From Candidatus Taylorbacteria bacterium RIFCSPHIGHO2_12_FULL_45_16 (GTDB lineage Bacteria; Patescibacteriota; Minisyncoccia; Phycocordibacterales; PALSA-1337): 64,000 bases of DNA. Every line of letters starts with the position of its first letter. The first letter of the stretch is position 1. The notes beneath the pieces were generated by a model, which saw only the letters and a program-made list of their open reading frames with translations, did no database searches and was not told the DNA's origin. This document shows, piece after piece, positions 9,104 through 19,144 of the stretch. Both the position numbers and the translations under genes were made by a program. Location: contig MHRT01000001.1 in the NCBI GenBank assembly GCA_001821055.1, forward strand, positions 27,868-91,867. The letters are read 5' to 3'.

Positions 9104-10948
9104 CTACCCTGCCGCTTCTAACTGTTTCTTTGCATCTTGAATAGCCAGCACTTGAGCAGGGTTTGTCGTGATAATCTGATCCTCGGTATACGATCCGTGT
9201 ATCTTGATGGCCACGTGCTTCAATCCCACGAAGAATATTCCCTCTCCCACGTCAGACTCCAACAAGAGATATTTTTCCTCATCCGTCAGGTTAAATGTTT
9301 TTTGGATATGATCGATCACGCTTGGGGATTGTTTCAAAAGGATTTGTATTGAAGAGTTTGTCACTATCGGCAGGCCATAAGGCGAGTTCAAAAAGTCGTC
9401 AACATCTTGGGTGATTGTGGCCAAGCCGAGGAAATATTTGCGACCGCGCTTTGCCAAACCGAAGAGGAACGAAGCCGTGTCTTCTGATTTCATCATCCAC
9501 CACGCCTCATCTATGACCAACAAACGCTTCTTGAGGTTCTTGCGGATGGCATTCCAGATATAGTGAGTGACTATATACATGGCCACCGGTTTGAGCTCGT
9601 CTTCCATGTCGCGGAGTGAAAAAACCACGAATTTTTTATTTATATCCACATTTGAAGGACGATTGATGAAACCAGCCCAGGTTCCTTTGGTGTATTTACT
9701 CAAGCGCTGAACCAGTGAATCCCCCCCCTCCATTCCGGCCAGAACCAGTTCAAAATCGGACAGAAGTGGCGGTTCAACAGTCCGGAAATCCGATTCGGGA
9801 GTGATATCTTTCAAAGCGTAGGTTTCACTGATGGCCCGATCAACGATGGCATCTTCTTCTTGGGTAAGACCACCCAACATAATTCGGAAAAGACCGACCA
9901 AGTTGATGATATTTGATCGAAGGACGTCAGCAGCTGATTCGTCTTCACGGGCGATCGGCAAGTCAAATGGATTTATATGGTGTTCGGAATTGAGTGAGAT
10001 ATTGAAATATTTCCCTCCCGTGGCTTCGGCCATATACTCGTATTCTTTTTCTGGATCGATAACGATTACATCAGTGTCAAACATCAGCGTGCGCAGAATT
10101 TCCAGCTTGGTGGCATAAGATTTTCCGGCGCCGGCAGTGGCAAAAGTGACCGAATTGTAGTTTTCCAACGAAAATCTATCAAAAAGTACCAGGGACGAAT
10201 TGTGACGATTTATGCCGTACAAGATTCCTTTATCTGAAGTAAGGTCAAATGAGACGAATGGGAAAAGTGATGAAAGGGGCGAAGAGTTGAGCTTGGAATG
10301 CACCCCGAGCTGATCATCGGCGATGGGGATGACGGATTTGAAGCCTTGTTCTTGCTGAAACAGCGCGGGTTTAACGTAAATAAGTTTTGATTCAAGGATT
10401 GATTTGATTTCAGATTCCAACTTATCAAGCTCACCTTCCGAGTCGGCAAACAAAGTGATATAAACACCGACATCAAAAAGGTGTTCCTGCGCCTGCATCA
10501 GTTGATCACGGAGCTGTTCCAGATCTTGATAAGCCGTATCCAATGCCGGATCACGGACCAGCCCCTTGTCTTCCCTGCGAGAAATCTGGCTTTGGACTTC
10601 GGCGACTTTCTTTTGGAAATGGCGGAGGATTTTTGCCGTTTCGACGGGATGTATGAATATTGAAATATTAAAAATCTTGTCTAGATTGATGATAGGGGCA
10701 AACCAGCTTTCGTCAAGGAAGCGTGGATATGAGATTACAAAGAGAGTTCGGCCTATTTTTTCTCCCAAATTGAGATCCTTTGGGCTAATTTTTAGAGCTG
10801 ACGGAGAAATAACATCTTTCAATTCCAAAACGCCGGCTTGATAGATCTCTTCAGGTAAAATAGAAACAATCGGTGATTGCTCATCTTTTCGTCCAAATAA
10901 TTTGTTTAAGAATGACATGTTGATTTTGTGTTGGTTCTGCGTATTCAT
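9104..10948 (-). CDS. VirB4/ConE-like type IV secretion ATPase (start 10948 or 10918; the longer ORF start lies in a repeat)
   Basis: Walker A ATAGAGKS, VIDPEKEY, INPFD, Walker B LVIDEAW, GRKY..ITQ. Confidence 0.9.
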   Translation of the reverse strand: MNTQNQHKINMSFLNKLFGRKDEQSPIVSILPEEIYQAGVLELKDVISPSALKISPKDLNLGEKIGRTLFVISYPRFLDESWFAPIINLDKIFNISIFIHPVETAKILRHFQKKVAEVQSQISRREDKGLVRDPALDTAYQDLEQLRDQLMQAQEHLFDVGVYITLFADSEGELDKLESEIKSILESKLIYVKPALFQQEQGFKSVIPIADDQLGVHSKLNSSPLSSLFPFVSFDLTSDKGILYGINRHNSSLVLFDRFSLENYNSVTFATAGAGKSYATKLEILRTLMFDTDVIVIDPEKEYEYMAEATGGKYFNISLNSEHHINPFDLPIAREDESAADVLRSNIINLVGLFRIMLGGLTQEEDAIVDRAISETYALKDITPESDFRTVEPPLLSDFELVLAGMEGGDSLVQRLSKYTKGTWAGFINRPSNVDINKKFVVFSLRDMEDELKPVAMYIVTHYIWNAIRKNLKKRLLVIDEAWWMMKSEDTASFLFGLAKRGRKYFLGLATITQDVDDFLNSPYGLPIVTNSSIQILLKQSPSVIDHIQKTFNLTDEEKYLLLESDVGEGIFFVGLKHVAIKIHGSYTEDQIITTNPAQVLAIQDAKKQLEAAG

Positions 10949-10949
10949 G

Positions 10950-11032
10950 TTGTCATTCCGGCGAAGGCCGGAATCCAGAATCACAAACTAAGTGTTAGTA
11001 ATTCTGGACCCCTGCCTTCGCAGGGGTGACAA
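10950..11032. repeat. REP/RPE-like inverted doublet
   Basis: TTGTCATTCCGGCGAAGGCCGGAATCCAG ... CTGGACCCCTGCCTTCGCAGGGGTGACAA: two hairpins in inverted orientation. Confidence 0.8.
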
Positions 11033-11671
11033 TCAGGTGATCTGTATCGGTTTCTCCGTTTCTCCTGGATTGAAGAGTTTGTAGAACAATTCTACCACTT
11101 CTTCGGTACCAAGTTCCGCCGCTCGAACCCCACAACGCACCAAACCTTGCTCTACAACAGCCACCCTTTGCTCGAGTTGGCTTCTGTACTCTTGGAATTG
11201 CGTGTCGGCCGTAGCAGTTTTGTCTGTGGCGCTCTTTTTGCCTCCAAACATGCTAGAAAGTGGATTTTTACCGCCGATGATTGGCGGATCGTATGGTATA
11301 ACCACAAAGAAACTTTTGGACATGATGTTGGTGCTTTCGACGAATGTTTTGATGAATTCTATGTATTCGCGAACCTGTATTTTCATGAGCTCGGTGGTTT
11401 GTTCTTTGTACCTATCCTCAAGAAGGGCGATATATGGTCTGATATCAAGTTTTTTTGATTGGACGAAGATTTGTATGGAAAAATCAAGCGAGTTCACGAA
11501 ATTCTGGAATTGCATCAAAATGGAACTTTGTTCATCTTGGGATTTGAGGGCGAAGTTGAGGGAAGATGCCAAAATGATGGCACGCATGCCTCCGTTTTTC
11601 AAAATGATTACGCCGTCGCGGATTTCTTGAATAGGAATGAAGTCTTGAGTTGTTGATTGTTTTGGAGCCAT
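11033..11671 (-). CDS. TraC-like / VirB4 N-terminal partner protein
   Basis: TQDFIPI.EIRDG, SLNFALKS..EQ, FVVIPY; between prgI and virB4. Confidence 0.75.
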   Translation of the reverse strand: MAPKQSTTQDFIPIQEIRDGVIILKNGGMRAIILASSLNFALKSQDEQSSILMQFQNFVNSLDFSIQIFVQSKKLDIRPYIALLEDRYKEQTTELMKIQVREYIEFIKTFVESTNIMSKSFFVVIPYDPPIIGGKNPLSSMFGGKKSATDKTATADTQFQEYRSQLEQRVAVVEQGLVRCGVRAAELGTEEVVELFYKLFNPGETEKPIQIT

Positions 11672-12108
11672 TATTTTTGGTTTTTATTTGAATACATGCT
11701 CTCTTTTATATCCAGACTCCATGTCAGGTCCTTCAGTTTGCTGTCGGAAATTTTCGGCACCATGACGGAAGCGTAATTTTCGGCGTCTTTGACGGCCGTG
11801 GCGGTATTTTGCGGGCTTTGTTTTTCGGCTTTTCTCCAGATGTAAAGTTTACCACCAAGATAGTATTTGAAAGCTGATTCAACGACATGAACAAATGGTT
11901 TGTTATTTACTTTGTAGAAAGCAAAAGCGGCGGATACGGCCATGATGAGGATAATAGGCACGATGGCGAGGGTTATGCTGTTCAGGAACACATACACCAT
12001 GAAAGAAAGTCCTCCTCCGCCAGCAAGATAAATGAACTGCTTCAAGGTAAGCGGTCCGAATATTTTGTCTTCAACCTCAATGAATTGGGGAACCTGGAAT
12101 CGCATCAC
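11671..12108 (-). CDS. PrgI family (VirB3-like) membrane protein
   Basis: FQVPQFIEVEDKIFGPLTLKQF plus two TM helices. Confidence 0.88.
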   Translation of the reverse strand: MMRFQVPQFIEVEDKIFGPLTLKQFIYLAGGGGLSFMVYVFLNSITLAIVPIILIMAVSAAFAFYKVNNKPFVHVVESAFKYYLGGKLYIWRKAEKQSPQNTATAVKDAENYASVMVPKISDSKLKDLTWSLDIKESMYSNKNQK

Positions 12109-12285
12109 TGGATATTATAGCGACAAGTGAGGATTTATGAAAGCGAGCAACCCGCGAGCAAATGTAGCTGCGAGCGGAGCCGTCCTCGGATGAGGGCTTT
12201 CATAAGATCTGAATGCAGTTGCTATATGAGCGAAGCGATTATAGCGTACTTTTGACTTAAACGAGGATAGGTCCAGCTCAAATAT

Positions 12286-13110
12286 TTACTTGATCGCTTC
12301 CCTATATGGATCATTACCCATAGCTTTTGGTGTTGGTGTACCACTAGTTCCCCCTGCCACTTTTGGAGCTTGAACGGTGACTTTTTGCGCTGACTGCCCG
12401 CTCGCATTGCCTAACAAGTAATCTACCAGTGGCTCTGTGTGGTTCTCGGGTGTCCCCCCGGAAGTTGTTTTCGCCACCGCAATTTTCGGCACTTGTGGAG
12501 CTACCACGGCTTCAGGCATCTGTGCTGATCTTCCATCTGTCGGTAGATTTGCCGGTGGATTTGCCCTAGATGGTGTAACTCTTGCCGGAGGGATCCCCGC
12601 CTGAGTCGGAACACTTGCTGGTGGATTTTCCAACCCCGCCAGTATTTCCCCTCTATCCGCCGCGGTCACCCTATTATTTTCCGTTTCCGGAACCTCTTTT
12701 TCAACACTAAAGCCGCCGAGACGTTCTAGAGAAGAGAGGGTGGAAATTTGGTTTTCTTCAGGCCTAGATTCTGGAACAGTGGTTTGAATACCATCCTCGG
12801 TTTCCCGAAGGTATTCTTTTATAGAATCAAAGACCTCATGATTTACCTCTTGGGAAATGGTTAGCGCAGCTTTACCAGAAATATTAAGCCGTTTAGAAAT
12901 TTGGTCAACAAAATCAGAAGATTTATGAAGTCCAAGTAAAACCAATCCTATTTCATCAACAAGCTCGCCCAGCTGATCGATCATGAGACCATATTTTTTT
13001 CCTACAATCTCGATTTTCTCGTGGATTTCAGGCGAAGTCACTGCCTGTTGAACATTAACAGGTAATTTATCGAACTGTGCTTTTATTTCTTCTGAAGTAA
13101 ATTGCCTCAT
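12286..13110 (-). CDS. Conserved hypothetical protein (helical N-terminus, Pro-rich tail ending DPYREAI)
   Basis: Long ORF in operon; DPYRE terminal motif recurrent in Parcubacteria proteins. Confidence 0.7.
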   Translation of the reverse strand: MRQFTSEEIKAQFDKLPVNVQQAVTSPEIHEKIEIVGKKYGLMIDQLGELVDEIGLVLLGLHKSSDFVDQISKRLNISGKAALTISQEVNHEVFDSIKEYLRETEDGIQTTVPESRPEENQISTLSSLERLGGFSVEKEVPETENNRVTAADRGEILAGLENPPASVPTQAGIPPARVTPSRANPPANLPTDGRSAQMPEAVVAPQVPKIAVAKTTSGGTPENHTEPLVDYLLGNASGQSAQKVTVQAPKVAGGTSGTPTPKAMGNDPYREAIK

Positions 13111-13155
13111 GTTGTTTTTGATGCGTCTTTATCTTCCTTTGGTTTATCCTCAGCA

Positions 13156-15021
13156 TCATCCTTGCTTGCTTCGGCCAATTCTTTTGCCAATTTTTTCATA
13201 TTCTTTATCTTTCTTTTTTCCAGAACCACGTTTGATTGCAGCATCCAGGTCTGCTATCTTTCTTCGTAATTGTTCGAGTTCAGCTTTTTCTGCGTCAGTT
13301 ACAGTAGCCCCTCCTTCAGCCTCACGTCTAAGCAGATATTTATAGTTGTTTGAATTCAAAATCCCGTCTTTTTCATCTCTATTCTTTTGGAGATCCGCCT
13401 CATCTTTCAAACTGAACGCAGTTTCGGTATTAGCGCGATCTTTCATAAGAAGGGTCATTATTGATCTACGCGGTAAGTTCTCGCGGAATTTTGTAGCATA
13501 ATCTTTTGCTTGAGCACTCGCAACTTCCCTCTCTGCTTCAGTCGCATAATCACTGTTATTTATGGATTCAATTCGTTTATGCTGACCCCCAATATCCTTC
13601 TTCCTCTGCTTCAATACTGCATCATAACTTCCTTTTTTGTCACCAAATCCAGCTCCGCTAACATTTGAAAGTCCTTTTGAAACTGCCAAGCCGAGGTTTG
13701 GGTTATTCCCATAAAATCTTCGAGCTGCTGAACTTTCGTTAATACGATTTGCGGCCATTCCAAGAGTATTCCTTCCGCCCCAACTACCCACCTTCTTCCA
13801 TAACACATCAGCACCCATCTTTTTGCCATCAAGTAGACCACCTGTACTCGCTCCAAGTTTGATTGCCGCCACGAGGGGGACATTGAGCATGAAGATAATG
13901 AGAACGGCATTGATGGCGAATGAAACGAATTCCGTTGGCATGATTCCAGTCGTGCCTGTTCCTTGCCATAAGGTGCCGTAGGCTCCGGTATTGAATAAAC
14001 TACTGCCGGTTATTATTTTGAGCGCAACATACATCAATAATAAGTATGCCGGCATGAAGGTGAGTTGGGCGATTAATATTTTCCAGTATTCTTTTGAATA
14101 TTCCTGCAATTGCGGGACAACCGCCGCCGCACACCAAACAGGCGAAAAGGCGAGCAGTAAGAGGAGAAGAACTAAACGTACAACGAAAGCCAAGGCGGCA
14201 AAGAGGAAACTCAAACCAGCTGTTACCATTATGACAACGCCAGTGATGCCGATGAGCACGATCCGAAATGGCGTCATTCCAGTTGAACTTTCATTGCCAG
14301 TAAGGTTTAGGTTGTCAGGATGAAAAGCTGTTTGTATTTGCAGTGATTGCATGAAAATTGCTGATAGCCCACCATCTTTGAACAAAGTATTTACTATGGT
14401 TGGCAATGTACCAGCCTGAGCAAGTGTGCCTGTTGCACCTTGTTTTCCTTGAATTATGGCACCAATATCCGGTTGCCCAGGAGTGATCGCTTTATATAGC
14501 TGCAGTGAAACAACATTCGAAGTGTCGATCAAAAGCGCGGTTATAAAAAAGCTAAAGTTGATCAATACACCGGCGATGACGATGTTTTTTATGACACCAC
14601 TTAGCTTTGCGTCTTGACCTAAAATCATACGGATGGACGCGTATAAAAGAGCAAATATGATGAACATGCCGGTAATATCGCGGATGGCCTTCCAAACAGT
14701 ATATATGGCGGGAGTACTATCAACGAAATCTTTGATATGCATTGTCAGATTGATCGAGACATTGAGGAGTGTACCGGTAAGCGCCACGAACCACGAGGCT
14801 ATTGATAAAATTATGTTGACAATGAATGCCGCGGCTTGAGCAAAAAAGTCCCAGATACTGCTGATCCCAAATAGTTCTATCGCATGTGTCGTTTGCGTCG
14901 AAGCAACCACGATGACCAGCATAACAATGGTGAAATGACTTATGTATTTCCAAGTAAAAATACGAGATATTATCAGCGGTATATCAATCAATCTGATTTT
15001 TTTAATATATGATTTCAACAT
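13156..15021 (-). CDS. VirB6-like polytopic membrane protein
   Basis: W..IRDI, LINFSFFIT..LID.SN, R...L..L..FSP; multiple TM helices and coiled-coil tail. Confidence 0.75.
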   Translation of the reverse strand: MLKSYIKKIRLIDIPLIISRIFTWKYISHFTIVMLVIVVASTQTTHAIELFGISSIWDFFAQAAAFIVNIILSIASWFVALTGTLLNVSINLTMHIKDFVDSTPAIYTVWKAIRDITGMFIIFALLYASIRMILGQDAKLSGVIKNIVIAGVLINFSFFITALLIDTSNVVSLQLYKAITPGQPDIGAIIQGKQGATGTLAQAGTLPTIVNTLFKDGGLSAIFMQSLQIQTAFHPDNLNLTGNESSTGMTPFRIVLIGITGVVIMVTAGLSFLFAALAFVVRLVLLLLLLAFSPVWCAAAVVPQLQEYSKEYWKILIAQLTFMPAYLLLMYVALKIITGSSLFNTGAYGTLWQGTGTTGIMPTEFVSFAINAVLIIFMLNVPLVAAIKLGASTGGLLDGKKMGADVLWKKVGSWGGRNTLGMAANRINESSAARRFYGNNPNLGLAVSKGLSNVSGAGFGDKKGSYDAVLKQRKKDIGGQHKRIESINNSDYATEAEREVASAQAKDYATKFRENLPRRSIMTLLMKDRANTETAFSLKDEADLQKNRDEKDGILNSNNYKYLLRREAEGGATVTDAEKAELEQLRRKIADLDAAIKRGSGKKKDKEYEKIGKRIGRSKQG

Positions 15022-15029
15022 GTGATTTG

Positions 15030-16784
15030 TCAGTATGAACTCAAGAGATTATTTTTGAAGGTTTCGGGCTGGATGATTAGGTTGGGGAATTGGTTGCACC
15101 TATTCTGGAAGATCTGGGCGTCTCTGTTCAGATCCTTGACGGTTTCTTCGATTGACTGGGATCTTTGTTCTATATTGTTTGAATCCTCGAGAACGGATTG
15201 GGTAGTTTGGGTTGTATTATTGACCGCCATTTCCAAACGTGAGAAGCCGGCAGTAATGTCGCTACCAGTTAGTCCTGGAATATATGAATTGGTAGTTCCT
15301 GAAGTCGAGTTCTTATACATATTCAGTTGGTTTTGTGTGGAAATTTTCTTTTCTGTTGTTGAAGCAATAAGCGGATCTATATTCCTAGTAATCACGAGAC
15401 TTATACCTTGGGTCATTTTTTCTCCGTATGATCGGCGGACGGTATCAAAGTTTTGTAGCTGATTTATCTTGTTGACGAAACATACACTGGCAGTCAGATA
15501 TCTGTTTTTTGTGTCATTGAGAAGTGCCAATGAACGGTTATACGCGGTGATGTTGTTCTCTGCAATAGTAATCACGGAATTTGAGGTACTCAACGAACGA
15601 TCCCGCGCCGAAACCACCTCAAAACTATTTTGATTGTATGATTCATCGTACAATTGGGTTAGGTATGACTGGGAATTTCCACCGACACCCGATCCTCGAT
15701 TGCTCAAGGCTGCCAGTCCTTGGGTCAACATCTGATTTACCAAGGCCCCGGTGATCGCATCAATGCTGTCGCTGATGGTTTTGACGCTGACTAGTTTTTC
15801 TCGGCCGGTATCCGCCTGATTGAATAACGTGCTGGCGATGACTGACCCGGGAGTTTGAACTTCACAACTTTCGTACTTTACTTTGTTGTCCTTGTCCACG
15901 GTCTTTTTTATACTTGTACCTTTGCCGAGAGCCGTGTAGCCTGTAGCACCGGTGCCGGTTTGCTGAAGATTTCTGATATCCGATGTGTTAAGGCCGAACT
16001 TTGGGCCAAGTTCATCTTCGGTGGCCGAAAGATAACCACTTGTCACATCTGTACATTTTGGCCAAGAAAGGAATCCCTGCCCGCGGTTGAGGTCGCTGTT
16101 GACGGAGTCTTGTTTTTCGGCAATCCGACTCTGAAGATCGGAATTCGCCAACAAATATGCCCCGATTGGATTGTTTTGCGGTTCAATCGTATAGGCCAAA
16201 AAGCCTTCCCAGCCACCTTGAGAGAAATCGCCGTTTATAAAATTGCCCAAAGTAGCACCGTCCGCGTCACCATACAGATTGATCCCGCTGTTTTGTCCCG
16301 CAGTCGCGATGGCATTTTGCGTATTGCCAATGACTCTGCTTAAGGTACATTCGTATCGTTTGTTATACGAGCTTGATTGATTCAAAGCGATATTCAGGCG
16401 AATATCGAAGCTGAACGGCGAACAAAGTTGTGACAACGCGCCTGTTTTATCTATAAGTTCGCCGGTAATCTGATCAGCGACATCAAGGAAAAATCCTTCG
16501 GGATTGGTCAGAAAAGCCGGACTACCTTGAAAACCGGTATTTATCCAATTCACAATACTGGCAGTCATGCGTTGGATGATCTGATTGGTGATGAGGACTG
16601 CTAGACGATTACCGACAAATTCTTTCCAGTTGTCCATGATGCAGTAAAAATCGAATAGTGCACAGGTATTTGGAACGGCCAGTGCCTGGGCTTTTTTGTT
16701 TGGAATAAAACCAAGTGGTGACACTAGGATGGCGATGAGTATGGTGAGTGTGATTATACGAATGCGGATGGAGTGAATATTCAT
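15030..16784 (-). CDS. Large exported hypothetical protein of the T4SS-like cluster
   Basis: Signal peptide; NWINTGFQGSPAF, CSPF, GQGFLSW, TPGSVI motifs. Confidence 0.75.
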   Translation of the reverse strand: MNIHSIRIRIITLTILIAILVSPLGFIPNKKAQALAVPNTCALFDFYCIMDNWKEFVGNRLAVLITNQIIQRMTASIVNWINTGFQGSPAFLTNPEGFFLDVADQITGELIDKTGALSQLCSPFSFDIRLNIALNQSSSYNKRYECTLSRVIGNTQNAIATAGQNSGINLYGDADGATLGNFINGDFSQGGWEGFLAYTIEPQNNPIGAYLLANSDLQSRIAEKQDSVNSDLNRGQGFLSWPKCTDVTSGYLSATEDELGPKFGLNTSDIRNLQQTGTGATGYTALGKGTSIKKTVDKDNKVKYESCEVQTPGSVIASTLFNQADTGREKLVSVKTISDSIDAITGALVNQMLTQGLAALSNRGSGVGGNSQSYLTQLYDESYNQNSFEVVSARDRSLSTSNSVITIAENNITAYNRSLALLNDTKNRYLTASVCFVNKINQLQNFDTVRRSYGEKMTQGISLVITRNIDPLIASTTEKKISTQNQLNMYKNSTSGTTNSYIPGLTGSDITAGFSRLEMAVNNTTQTTQSVLEDSNNIEQRSQSIEETVKDLNRDAQIFQNRCNQFPNLIIQPETFKNNLLSSY

Positions 16785-16785
16785 G

Positions 16786-17676
16786 TTATTTGATTATAGA
16801 AAAAACTATGGCTGGCTCTTGAGATGAAAATTGCATGTCTTGCTGTGCGAATACAAATTTTAGATCTAGGAGTGCACTTCTTAGCCGACCAACGGATTGC
16901 TCGTAGAGTGCCATTGCAACCATTCCTTGAATTGGGTCGCTAAATACTTTACTCATTCCATTGGAAACGAATGACATAGCACTGACAGCATTGATCAATT
17001 CAACATGATGCGGGGCTAGGTTTTTGGGAGTTCTAGTAGCAAGCAATTGCGCTAACAATGTGTCATATGAGACTGTGACATCTTCTATTTTTTTGGCGGC
17101 GAATTTGTCATTCTGTTCGAGCGCTTGATTTGCGATTGAGGCGGCGTCTTCTCGTGGCGTATATGTCAAAATTAACCTGCCAATGTTGTTTGCATAGGCT
17201 CGCTCGGCCGATGCGTCTGTTTCTGTCGACAATACTATTTCACGAACATCATATGAACGTGGCAATGGCGCCGCCGATACGACATTTTCTGTGGTTTGGT
17301 CAATAAGCGCTTTTATTGCTTCGGGATTTTCGGATAGATTGTTCTGCTTGAGAAATAAATACTGTTCAAAAAATTTCTTGCCGAACTGGCCGGTGACGGT
17401 TTCCGGTTCAACCGGTTCATTGGAAGTCACGGCGGTGATATCCGATGATTTGTTCTCGTTGATTTTTTGGGTCAAAAATTGTTCTTTCCAATCATTGGAA
17501 TTCGTCTCGGAAACTAGCTCTGTGGGCGTAGCACTGACCACCCCGTTCGGAGCGTTATTTATGGCCGTGTTATTCCACAATGAATCGCCGTACGCGGCAT
17601 ATCCAGCGACTCCAACTCCCAGAATACATATTATGAAAATGATAGCCGTCTGTTTGTGCCGGTAAGATAGGGACAT
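16786..17676 (-). CDS. Membrane-anchored helical hypothetical protein
   Basis: N-terminal TM; 'P.....HVELIN...DPI..M' motif. Confidence 0.7.
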   Translation of the reverse strand: MSLSYRHKQTAIIFIICILGVGVAGYAAYGDSLWNNTAINNAPNGVVSATPTELVSETNSNDWKEQFLTQKINENKSSDITAVTSNEPVEPETVTGQFGKKFFEQYLFLKQNNLSENPEAIKALIDQTTENVVSAAPLPRSYDVREIVLSTETDASAERAYANNIGRLILTYTPREDAASIANQALEQNDKFAAKKIEDVTVSYDTLLAQLLATRTPKNLAPHHVELINAVSAMSFVSNGMSKVFSDPIQGMVAMALYEQSVGRLRSALLDLKFVFAQQDMQFSSQEPAIVFSIIK

Positions 17677-17812
17677 ACGACATAATTATATAGTAGAAAT
17701 GCTTTATACGCTGTGTTTTCTGTGGACAGTGGCTCTTGACGCAGGTTGAGCTTTTTATATTCAGGTCTGTGGATACTACGCATATAAAATACATGTTAGT
17801 ATTAGTATCAAT

Positions 17813-18145
17813 ATGAAAAAACAAACTTTAGTTATTATATTGGTCGCTACATTTTTACTTGCTTCCTTGACTAATACTTATGCCGCTGCCCCTCTTCCTT
17901 TTGGTGGAGTGGTTACCATGATTCAGCCATGCAATACTGGTTTGTTAGTGTATGTTCTGACGCCACTGACGGGAGTTGTGCCGTTTATGTGGCTTACAGG
18001 TGAGTTGCCATTTTTGTCTTACATACCCCCACATCCAGGCCAATGGTTGCTAGGATTGACTGCCGCCGTCCCAGTCCCTTGTGTTCTAGGGACTGTCCCT
18101 TATGGTGCAGGGTTACCTATTCTCATGCATGGCTCAAGTCTGTAA
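17813..18145 (+). CDS. Small exported Cys/Pro/Gly-rich hypothetical protein
   Basis: Signal peptide ending TYA; PFGG..C...PGQWLLG..C. Confidence 0.7.
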   Translation: MKKQTLVIILVATFLLASLTNTYAAAPLPFGGVVTMIQPCNTGLLVYVLTPLTGVVPFMWLTGELPFLSYIPPHPGQWLLGLTAAVPVPCVLGTVPYGAGLPILMHGSSL

Positions 18146-18168
18146 TTTCCATAATTACACAGCTTTTT

Positions 18169-19098
18169 CTAGTTTAATGAATTGTATCCGGCAATCTCAA
18201 GCCACTGTTCCACTTTCAGATCCTCTGCTCTTATTTTTGGATCCAGTCCCAGTTTTTTCCAGATAGCTTCAATCCCCATTTGACCAAAAATCACTTCCAA
18301 ATTTCGGGCCAAGAACTTTCTTTTGTGAGCGAAACTGGTTTTCACTAGTCTGAAAAATCTAGGAATATCAAGGTCTTTTGAGACATCGGGGAAATTTTTC
18401 GCGCGGAAAAGGTTGTCTGAAATATTCTCAATTGAAAGAATTGCCGAATCGACTGTGGGTGGTGGAGTGAATGCTCCCGGCGGAACCTCGGCAATTATTT
18501 TCGGTGTCCCAAAAGCTTTTACTGATATGGATAGTACACTTTCTTTATCATCTCTAGCAACGATCCTTTGAGCAACCTCTTTTTGGACCAATAGAACCAT
18601 TCGATTTGGTCTCGGTTCATATTCGAGAAACTTTTCTAAAATTGCTCCAGTGATGTAATAAGGAATATTGGCGACGAGTGCATATTTGGATGATTCCAAA
18701 ATTAAGCAATTTAATGATCCCGAGTGTGAAGGTTTAATGATTGAATCATTTGATGATTCAGGATTTTCAGATGAACTATTTTCGGATAATTGATCGGATT
18801 TGATTTTAGTTTTTAATATATTCGGATCCAACACATCCCCTTCAATGATTTTTAATGTTCCACTTTTTATTTCATTGAAAAAATCTTGCTCCAACATACC
18901 GACGGCTCGAGAATCTTTTTCAATTGCTATGACATTTGCTCCGGCATCCAATAATGCGCGCGTCAAAACTCCAGTGCCGGGTCCAATTTCAAGTACTGAC
19001 TCCCCTTTTTGTATGTGCGCGGCCAAAATAATCTGCCTCAACACATGCGTAGAGTTCAAAAAATGTTGCCCCAGAGATTTTTTTGCGAATAATTTCAT
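18169..19098 (-). CDS. rsmA: 16S rRNA m6,2A dimethyltransferase KsgA
   Basis: KKSLGQHFL, EIGPGTG, ANIPYYIT, F.PPP.VDS. Confidence 0.97.
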   Translation of the reverse strand: MKLFAKKSLGQHFLNSTHVLRQIILAAHIQKGESVLEIGPGTGVLTRALLDAGANVIAIEKDSRAVGMLEQDFFNEIKSGTLKIIEGDVLDPNILKTKIKSDQLSENSSSENPESSNDSIIKPSHSGSLNCLILESSKYALVANIPYYITGAILEKFLEYEPRPNRMVLLVQKEVAQRIVARDDKESVLSISVKAFGTPKIIAEVPPGAFTPPPTVDSAILSIENISDNLFRAKNFPDVSKDLDIPRFFRLVKTSFAHKRKFLARNLEVIFGQMGIEAIWKKLGLDPKIRAEDLKVEQWLEIAGYNSLN

Positions 19099-19144
19099 TA
19101 ATTATAGTAGTTGATTTATGAGATAGCACAAGTAGCCTACATCC

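Noticed and set aside
10949-10984. N-terminal extension MILDSGLRRND of VirB4
   Set aside because: Derived from the REP-like repeat; true start is likely 10948 or 10918
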